A stretch of 13,872 bases of DNA from NCBI GenBank assembly GCA_051382335.1, contig JBBCAX010000208.1:1-13872 (forward strand). Reading direction: 5' to 3'. The translations under genes and the position numbers were made by a program. The stretch comes from Deltaproteobacteria bacterium TL4. Its GTDB lineage: Bacteria > SAR324 > NAC60-12. Shown piece after piece: positions 8,010-13,872 of the stretch. The notes under the pieces were generated by a model. It was not told the DNA's origin. It made no database searches and was given only the letters and a program-made list of their open reading frames with translations. Within the stretch, counting starts at the first letter, position 1; every line of letters starts with the position of its first letter.

Positions 8010-9278
8010 ATGGATACCATGATAGAATGCCGTGTTGAAAAATTAGTGTTTGGGGGGATGGCCTTGGGACGATACCAAGGGAAGGTGGTTATGATACAAA
8101 ACGCCTTGCCCGGAGAACTCGTGCAGGCTCGCGTGATCAAAGAGAAAAAGGATTATATTGAAGCCTATGCCTCCCTTATTCTTGCCCCCTCTCCGGAACG
8201 GATTACGCCTCAAGAAGACCATTTTATGAGCTGTAGTCCCTGGCAAATCCTCAACCAGGATGCTGAAAATCAATGGAAACAACGAATTACCGCGGAAAAC
8301 TTTGATCGAGCATGGAATAAAACAGGGGATGTTCCCGCCTTGGTGACAGACCATTGTCGCTTTCATTACCGCAATAAAGTCGAGTTCCATTTCGCGGAGA
8401 ACAAGGGACAGCTTTCTCTCGCGCTGATACAGCGAAATAGTAATGAGCGGCTCGCTGTAAAGGATTGTGCTCTGCTTTCATCGCCTTTAAACCAAGTGGG
8501 AACCTTATTACGCAATATTTTGGAACAACAGCAAATTTCCGCTTCGTCCCTGGATCGGTTGACCTTAAGATGTAATAGAAAAGAACAGGTGATTTTTGCG
8601 TTAGGGGTTCACTCCAAAGGGTTTCCAAAAATTGATTTTTTAAAACTTTGCCCCAGGGTTTCAGGCTTTGTCGTTTTCCAGGAGGAAAAACGTCACGGAA
8701 AATCGGTGCAGAAAGTACTTCATCAAGCAGGAAAATTAGGCTTGGAAGAAGAACTTTGTGGTAAAACCTTGGAGTATGGAGTCCATAGTTTTTTTCAGGT
8801 GAATATGAATGTGCTGGAAAAAACCTTGGAGGATCTGCTTCCTTTTGTAAAAGGAGAATCCGTTGTTGATTACTATGGAGGCACAGGAACGCTGAGCATC
8901 GCGCTTTCCGAAGTAATTTCTGATGCCGTGATCGTAGAAAGCAATCCTGAAGCCTGGCAATATGCAAAACACAATATTGAGCGCAATCGACTGGCACATT
9001 TTTACGTGGCCAGCGGAAAAACCGAAAACTTTCTCAATTACATCAAAGCCTCCAAGGTTGTGATCGTGGATCCTCCCCGTGCGGGGTTACACCCTCAGGT
9101 CTTGGAACAACTCCTGGCCCTTAAACCCAAAAGAGTGATTTATCTTTCATGCAATCTTTCTACCTGTATTCGGGATCTCAAGCGGTTGATGACTGCCTAT
9201 CAATTAGTTTATCAGAAAATTTACAACTTTTTCCCTGCCACTCCTCACTTTGAGTTCCTTGCCATTTTACAAAGATAA
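8010..9278 (+). CDS. rlmD: RlmD/RumA/TrmA-class RNA m5U methyltransferase with N-terminal TRAM domain
   Basis: TRAM-like VEKLVFGG.ALG...ALPGE.V, YRNK, SFFQVN, SAM motif DYYGGTG, VDPPRAG, catalytic YLSCN, FPATPHFE. Confidence 0.88.
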   Translation: MDTMIECRVEKLVFGGMALGRYQGKVVMIQNALPGELVQARVIKEKKDYIEAYASLILAPSPERITPQEDHFMSCSPWQILNQDAENQWKQRITAENFDRAWNKTGDVPALVTDHCRFHYRNKVEFHFAENKGQLSLALIQRNSNERLAVKDCALLSSPLNQVGTLLRNILEQQQISASSLDRLTLRCNRKEQVIFALGVHSKGFPKIDFLKLCPRVSGFVVFQEEKRHGKSVQKVLHQAGKLGLEEELCGKTLEYGVHSFFQVNMNVLEKTLEDLLPFVKGESVVDYYGGTGTLSIALSEVISDAVIVESNPEAWQYAKHNIERNRLAHFYVASGKTENFLNYIKASKVVIVDPPRAGLHPQVLEQLLALKPKRVIYLSCNLSTCIRDLKRLMTAYQLVYQKIYNFFPATPHFEFLAILQR

Positions 9279-9432
9279 AGTCTGCCTCTCGAACACTCAA
9301 GTCGCCAAGTACCGCGGAAGCGCGGGGTTTCAAAGGAATCTTGCTGATCAATATTTAGGCATCAATGTCGCTTTCCATTTTATTGCCAACAAGGAGAGGC
9401 AAAATCTAACGGATCGGTTGCTGTTTCCGAAG

Positions 9433-9581
9433 AGGTATTCGCTGTTAAGCGTCAGGTATTCGCTTTAAAAACCTGTGAGATCCGCACCTTTATAAAACGG
9501 GCATCTCAATGCTGAAGGCTAAACACCAAGTGAGTGATAGCGACTCATTTATCAAAATATCATTTCCGTAAAAACGGAAAT
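9433..9581. promoter_or_regulatory. Putative regulatory leader: direct repeat pair and operator-like palindrome
   Basis: AGGTATTCGCT at 9433..9443 and 9454..9464 (21-nt period). ATTTCCGT-AAAA-ACGGAAAT at 9562..9581, just upstream of ATG 9601. Confidence 0.4.
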
Positions 9582-9600
9582 TTAACTTGAAGAGAAAACC

Positions 9601-9646
9601 ATGGTTACACTGAGAGAAATCGCAAGAGTCCTGGGAACGTCAGAAT
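9601..9646 (+). pseudogene. 5' half of a small HTH gene (MVTLREIARVLGTSE), interrupted by the right cassette
   Basis: Purine-rich GAAGAG upstream of ATG. TLREIARVLGTS matches an HTH helix-turn pattern. The TAG stop is created by the cassette end. Confidence 0.55.
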
Positions 9647-9768
9647 AGACATCTTTCCTAAATAAACGCTGGATTTTAGCGGGTTTGTAGAAAGGGTGCC
9701 GCTTAAGCGAAGCGAGCGCGCCACAAAGAGAAAACACGGCAGAAAGTCTCGCGACCAGGACAGACCCA

Positions 9769-10590
9769 TCAGAAGGTTTTGGGCGTAAAATTGGCGGGAG
9801 TTTCAAGGGAAAAGACTTCATCATGGATGGCTGCCAAATACAGACCCGATTGCAGCACGTCCTCTCTCACTGAAGATTCGGTATCCACATAGACTAACAT
9901 TCCCCGGATGGTTTTGTCGGAAAACTCAGGGAAAAACATCCGGAAGTTTTTCAGAATCTCCAGCGTTTGGTCCAGATCCCGTTGCTCCAGACGACTTTTG
10001 ATTTCAATCACATACAACTCATTCACCGTCCCATTCATATAGGCCACCGCGTCCACTTCCATATTCTTTCCCTCTTTTCTTTTGCGGAGACGGGTCAGAA
10101 AGGTATCCATCCCAAAGCGCTCTGTCATGATTTTCGAGACAGAGGGAAACGCCATCCCTTCGGTGAAGGAACCAAACTTGTTATTCAAGCCTCCGATATT
10201 TTTTGACAATTCTTTGACGATACGGCTCGTTTCCGTAAACTTTTCATTGAGCTGTCGGTCGGTTTCCGTAAACTTTTCATTGAGCTGTCGGTCGGTTTCC
10301 GCAAATTTTTCATTGAGCTGTCGGTCGGTTTCCGCTGTTTTTTCCTTCATCTCACGGCCGGTTTCTTTGAGTTGACGGTCGGTTTCCGCTGTTTTTTCCT
10401 TCATCTCACGGCTGGTTTTTTTGAGCTGTCGGTCAGTTTCCTTAAGCTGTCGGTCGGTTTCCGCTGTTTTTTCCTTCATCTCACGGCTGGTTTCTTTGAG
10501 TTGACGGTCGGTTTCTTTGAGTTGTTTGTCGGTTTCTTTTTGGGCGATTGCCAAGCTGGCAACCAGTTCTTTGAGTTCTTGATCGGTCAT
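9769..10590 (-). CDS. Coiled-coil + PD-(D/E)XK nuclease-fold protein (DUF3782-like), 273 aa; paralog of 429..1097
   Basis: Same N-terminus and C-terminal domain (three aa differences seen: I/V, T/M, V/I), with 51 extra coiled-coil residues. Confidence 0.85.
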   Translation of the reverse strand: MTDQELKELVASLAIAQKETDKQLKETDRQLKETSREMKEKTAETDRQLKETDRQLKKTSREMKEKTAETDRQLKETGREMKEKTAETDRQLNEKFAETDRQLNEKFTETDRQLNEKFTETSRIVKELSKNIGGLNNKFGSFTEGMAFPSVSKIMTERFGMDTFLTRLRKRKEGKNMEVDAVAYMNGTVNELYVIEIKSRLEQRDLDQTLEILKNFRMFFPEFSDKTIRGMLVYVDTESSVREDVLQSGLYLAAIHDEVFSLETPANFTPKTF

Positions 10591-10635
10591 AAGCCCTTTT
10601 CAGACAAGCGTTCTTTTAAGCAGGTGTTTTATTCC

Positions 10636-10664
10636 ATTCTGACAAGAAACTGGACGAAGAGCAA
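10636..10664 (-). promoter_or_regulatory. Putative sigma70 promoter of the 10590..9769 gene
   Basis: Exact reverse complement of 355..383. Confidence 0.4.
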
Positions 10665-10767
10665 GCGGAATTTCAAAGCAGACGCGGCTGGAACCACAGA
10701 GGAAAGGTTACGAAACAAAGAGCAAAGCATTCCCAAACTGGAGCTTGGGAACGAGGAGAAACTTAAG

Positions 10768-11113
10768 GTAGGGTGCCGCTTAAGCGAAGCGAGCGCACCA
10801 GAAAGCCGCCATCCCCTTATTTATGGTGCGCTCGCTTCGCTTAAGCGGCCCTACTGGCTTAACTCTTATCGACACGGCTGGATTTGTGGTGCGCTCGCTT
10901 CGCTTAAGCGGCACCCTACTGGCTCAACTCTTATCGACACGGCTGGATTTGTGGTGCGCTCGCTTCGCTTAAGCGGCACCCTACTGGCGCAACTCTTATC
11001 GCCACCGGCTGGATTTGTGGTGCGCTCGCTTCGCTTAAGCGGCACCCTACTGGCTTAACTATCGCCACCTGGTGGATTTATGGTGCGCTCGCTTCGCTTA
11101 AGCGGCACCCTAC
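10768..11113. repeat. GTAG-type REP cluster: inverted doublet 10768..10854 plus tandem array of 5 REPs (10825, 10888, 10953, 11019, 11082)
   Basis: Same 32-nt unit. The 31-34-nt linkers are variants of TGGCTTAACTCTTATCGACACGGCTGGATTTGT. Confidence 0.93.
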
Positions 11114-11164
11114 TGACTCTGGCGGGCTTATTGAGGCGTTATATACAAGCTTGGGAACGAGTAG

Positions 11165-11313
11165 GAAAATCCCCACGATCTTCCCTTGCGGTACCAGTCG
11201 TGGAGATCCGAGGCTGTTTGGTAGCGACTGCTGCCAGTCGGACAAGACGGCGGTTCGGGGTATGGGGACCGGGCAGGAATCCGTGAACGCCTGCCATCAC
11301 ACGTTTGCCCTGA
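11165..11313 (-). ncRNA. Putative DGR spacer (structured RNA 3' of the TR)
   Basis: Directly follows the TR. Hairpins: GGCAGG/CCTGCC (11272..11295), CGACTG/CAGTCG (11225..11240), and a CCACGA/TCGTGG stem enclosing GGTA-CC-GCAA-GG-GAA (GNRA loop). Confidence 0.55.
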
Positions 11314-11448
11314 GCTGGAACACAGGCGGAACCCGAGGTTGTTGTCGCGATTGCCCGGCGAATTGTTGTCGCGATTGGCTGACCGCAAGTTGTCGCCGTT
11401 GTTGTTGTTGAAGCCGCCGCCACGATTCACACGGTTGGAGCCTGAGCC
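11314..11448 (-). other. DGR template repeat (TR) for an FGE-sulfatase/C-type-lectin-fold variable region
   Basis: Translates GSGSNRVNRGGGFNNNNGDNLRSANRDNNSPGNRDNNLGFRLCSS. 13 AAY codons sit between conserved RGG, RSA.R and GFR scaffold codons. Adjacent to a DGR-type RT fragment. Confidence 0.92.
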
Positions 11449-11469
11449 GTCCCGCAGCCTGTGTTTTCT

Positions 11470-11750
11470 TTATACCAGTTCCTCTTTACTCTCTCCAAAA
11501 CAAAGCATGTCGTCCATGTAGCGCACGTAGGCTTTCACCGAAACCTGGCTTTTGAGATACTGGTCGAGCTGTCCCAGATACAGGTTGGCAAAATGCTGGC
11601 TGGTCAGATTGCCGATGGGAACCCCTTTGTCGGAACCATCCGCTGGCAATCCCACCGGCGCGTCAATGATGTGATCCAGCAACCGCGACAGGGCCGCCTC
11701 CTTGATTTTCCGGCGCGGGATCTGTTTGAGAATTGCGTGGTCGAAGGATG
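11470..11750 (-). pseudogene. Internal fragment of a DGR-class reverse transcriptase
   Basis: DHAILK...KGVPIGNLTSQHFANLYL..LD...YVRYMDD. GxxxSQ in motif 4 is the DGR-RT signature. N-terminal motifs and the first catalytic Asp are missing, and a stop follows 12 codons after YMDD. Lies within ORF 11470..11877. Confidence 0.9.
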
Positions 11751-11956
11751 CTCCAGCTTTGAAAGCTTCTTGTCCACGAGAAACCAGTCTAACACGGTTG
11801 TGCCAAAATCCCGCAACCAGTTGGAAAACTCCAGAGTCATGATCTTTACCCGCATAAACCTTCCTATAAAAACACACTCGAAATCAGGCACCTTTTAAAA
11901 ATACAGAAAAGTAGAGACTGTGTTTACAGTTTAATCATAGTTACTTCTTTCTTTAT

Positions 11957-12045
11957 TTTAACGCAAAGGCGCCAGGACGCAAGGAACGCAAAGGGTTTTA
12001 AAATATTTCTTTGCGCTCTTTGCGTCTTCGCGACTTTGCGTTAAA
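11957..12045. repeat. Palindromic element built from ~9-nt CGCAAAG-like units
   Basis: Perfect 12-bp terminal inverted repeat TTTAACGCAAAG/CTTTGCGTTAAA. Four units per arm around an AT-rich loop. Confidence 0.8.
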
Positions 12046-12126
12046 GATCGACTGTCCACTGGAAAATGAAAGGTGCCAAATTCAGCATGTATATTTTGGA
12101 TGACCCATTTAATCGACTCATGATTA

Positions 12127-12202
12127 GGAGTGTCAAAGCTTGCTTTGACCAGAAAAGCCAAAGCTTTTCTTTGAATTTTGCCAAAGCAAGCTTTGGTACT
12201 CC
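12127..12202. repeat. Three-hairpin palindrome closed by GGAGT/ACTCC
   Basis: GTCAAAGC-TT-GCTTTGAC, AGAAAAGC-CAAA-GCTTTTCT and CCAAAGC-AA-GCTTTGG. The outer arms are also inverted copies of each other. Confidence 0.75.
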
Positions 12203-12732
12203 ACAGTGATTCCAATGAATTTATTTAAATGAACATCTATATACCACGCCACACTATCCAGACACGAACTGTCGCTGCCGCAAGACCAATCCGTGGTTGT
12301 TCCCGCTCGTGCCGCGTATTCCCACTCCGCTTCGGTACACATCCGATAGGTCCGACTGCTTTGCTGTCCGTTCAGCCAGGTGATGTAGTTCTGTATATCG
12401 TCCCAGGAAACATCCACCACCGGGCAGTCATCTCCAGAACAGCCATAACTGCTCGCGCTGGAATCATACAACTTGTATTCCCCGACCGTGGTTTCATGCT
12501 CCGAAATGTAAAACGCGCTCAACGTTACTTGATGCGGAGGTTGTGCTCCATTAGACGATGTGTTGACAGCCCCCATCTGAAAAGTTCCCCCGCTAATCGA
12601 GACCATGCTGGAGGACACAGAGGTAAACGGATCTGTGGGTGTGGCGCTGACTTCCGTGGAAGCGTTACTTTCTCCTCCCGTATTGACTGCCGTCAGGATG
12701 TAATAATAAGCGGTGCCATTGGTCAGACCCGT
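12133..12732 (-). pseudogene. 3' part of DGR target-like gene: end of FN3 domain plus N-terminal half of an FGE-sulfatase (SUMF1-like) domain; homology stops at ~12241
   Basis: TGLTNGTAYYYILTAVNTGGES...VSATP, then GGTFQMG, P.HQVTLSAFYI...E.T, PVVDVSWDD, RMCTEAEWEYAARAG, AWY. The expected N.WGLYDM.GNVWEW...RGG...GFR half is absent. Confidence 0.88.
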
Positions 12733-13783
12733 AGAATGTAGGGACTGTCACCCCGCTGATTTTAGTGCCGTTGCTGGTAGTGACTCCGGTCGTAGCGCTC
12801 CAATAGAGGTTATAACTCGCTGCTCCGGTAACGGAACTCCAGATCAGTGTGTTTTGGCCATCGCCTCTAGACACGGAAATAGTAAGAACCTCATTTTTAA
12901 GGAAACCCGCGGTCTGTGTATATTGGTACGCCAGGGCGTTCCCGGTATAGTCCGTAGCGAAGGTTGTTACCCTGATTTTATACCTGGTTGACGTACTCAG
13001 GCTGGAAGCGGGCGTGACTGTAAACGTTTTGTCCTTGTCGCTGGCAACGGGTGAGACACTCATTGGAACGCAGGTTGTGAAACTGTCAGAGGAGAGCTGA
13101 ATACTGACGGAACAAGTCGTATCTGAGGTATTGGTGGTGATTGTAGCGGTATTCATGGCTTCATTGAAGGTCATCGAAATACTGGCAGTCACGTCCGCTC
13201 CGATTGCGTAAGACTTAGGGTTGGTGCTGGAGACTAGAGGCGGAGTCGTGTCGGTTCCGTTACAAACATAGGTGAAATAATCCAATTCTCCGCTTTCCAG
13301 GGTTCCATTACTGGCTGTACCGCCTCCATCTCCGTTGTCGAGACCCGATTCAAGCTTTTTACCTCCTGAGGTACAATTGCCGCCGGGAATTTCCGTAGTG
13401 ATTGTGAGCAGCGTGTTGTAGCCGGAAGTACTCGGGGCACCTTTATCGCCTGTGGCGCCATTACAGACATAGGAAGTGGCGTCCACTTCCACTTCTTCCA
13501 GAATTCCGTTGTTGGCCGTGCCTCCGCCATCGCCGTTATCGAGTCCTGAATCTACTTTCAGACCGCCATTGGGACAGAGTGCCGGCGCATTCGCCGTACT
13601 GGACTTGATCAGCGTGGTGTACCCATTGGCACCCGTGTCACCTTTAGCACCCGCGGCACCCGTGGTTCCGAAGCCTGTGGTTCCGGTTGCTCCATTACAA
13701 ACATAAGTGGCGGTATCCGTTTCCCCGCCTTCGAGGAGGCCATTGCCGGCAGTGCCTCCGCCCTCTCCGCACGGCTTTCTCAT
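12665..13783 (-). pseudogene. 5' part of the same gene: Cys-bounded repeats (DUF7151-like), collagen-like linker, Big_5-like Ig domain, FN3 start; frameshifted at ~12733..12750
   Basis: About 2.5 repeats of C..GG.K..SGLDNGDGGGTA.NG.LE..E.D...YVCNG, G-x-y run, DTTPP.V.STNP...TFNEAM...PASSL...Y...TGNAL, W..VTGA.SYNLYW. Starts mid-repeat at ~13770 with no signal peptide. Confidence 0.8.
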
Positions 13784-13872
13784 AAAAAACCAACTTGACA
13801 AAGTATATTCATAAAAAAGGGTTCGGAGTCCCTGCAATTATCAAGATTCTCTTTCATATTTTTCCCACCAAA

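Larger units (their letters stand above)
9647..10799 (-). mobile_element. Right (inverted) copy of duplicated cassette
   Basis: Begins AGACATCTTTCCTAAATAAACGCTGG. Single REP at 9691..9722, DUF3782-like gene, same upstream region, hairpin at about 10727..10755, REP at 10768..10799. Confidence 0.65.

Noticed and set aside
2872..8999. Minus-strand ORFs inside aldh, the hypothetical gene and rlmD
   Set aside because: They fully overlap well-supported genes on the opposite strand and show no motifs.
220..10799. Classical composite transposon or assembly-duplicated repeat
   Set aside because: No DDE or HUH transposase motif in the flanking genes, and the two copies differ by many substitutions and in repeat number.
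10825..11113. CRISPR array
   Set aside because: The spacers are near-copies of each other and the repeat is the same GTAG REP found across the window.
11128..11430. 100-aa ORF as a real FGE-domain protein
   Set aside because: It is the TR read in frame: Asn-saturated, no upstream domain, and it runs into the spacer.
11470..11877. Complete RT, group II intron or retron
   Set aside because: Only ~90 aa are RT-like. The GxxxSQ motif and adjacent TR point to a DGR. The first ~42 aa of the ORF are unrelated.
11880..12083. Terminal inverted repeats GGCACCTTT/AAAGGTGCC of a small element
   Set aside because: Only 9 bp match cleanly and no target duplication is evident.
13795..13837. Sigma70 promoter from TTGACA (+) or TATACT (-)
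   Set aside because: Neither hexamer has a partner at a 16-18-nt spacing.

Overview
Bacterial accessory region in three parts. (1) A pair of inverted, diverged copies of a REP-decorated cassette (220..1676 and 9647..10799), each carrying a coiled-coil + PD-(D/E)XK (DUF3782-like) gene. (2) The ~8 kb between them: an antitoxin with a truncated RelE/YafQ-like toxin, an aldehyde dehydrogenase, a large hypothetical protein, a GreA/GreB-family protein, a small secreted protein, a DEDDh exonuclease and an RlmD-like methyltransferase. Both inner cassette ends abut an AAT triplet, and the sequences beyond them rejoin in frame into one small HTH gene, so this segment appears circularly permuted. (3) A broken diversity-generating retroelement (DGR) on the minus strand. 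Its template repeat and structured spacer look intact, only an internal RT fragment remains (IGNLTSQ, YMDD), and its frameshifted Ig/FN3/FGE-sulfatase target gene has lost the variable region. I count 24 GTAG-type REP copies plus four other palindrome types. No CRISPR array, tRNA or rRNA was seen. All homology calls are from motif recognition by eye, with no database searches.
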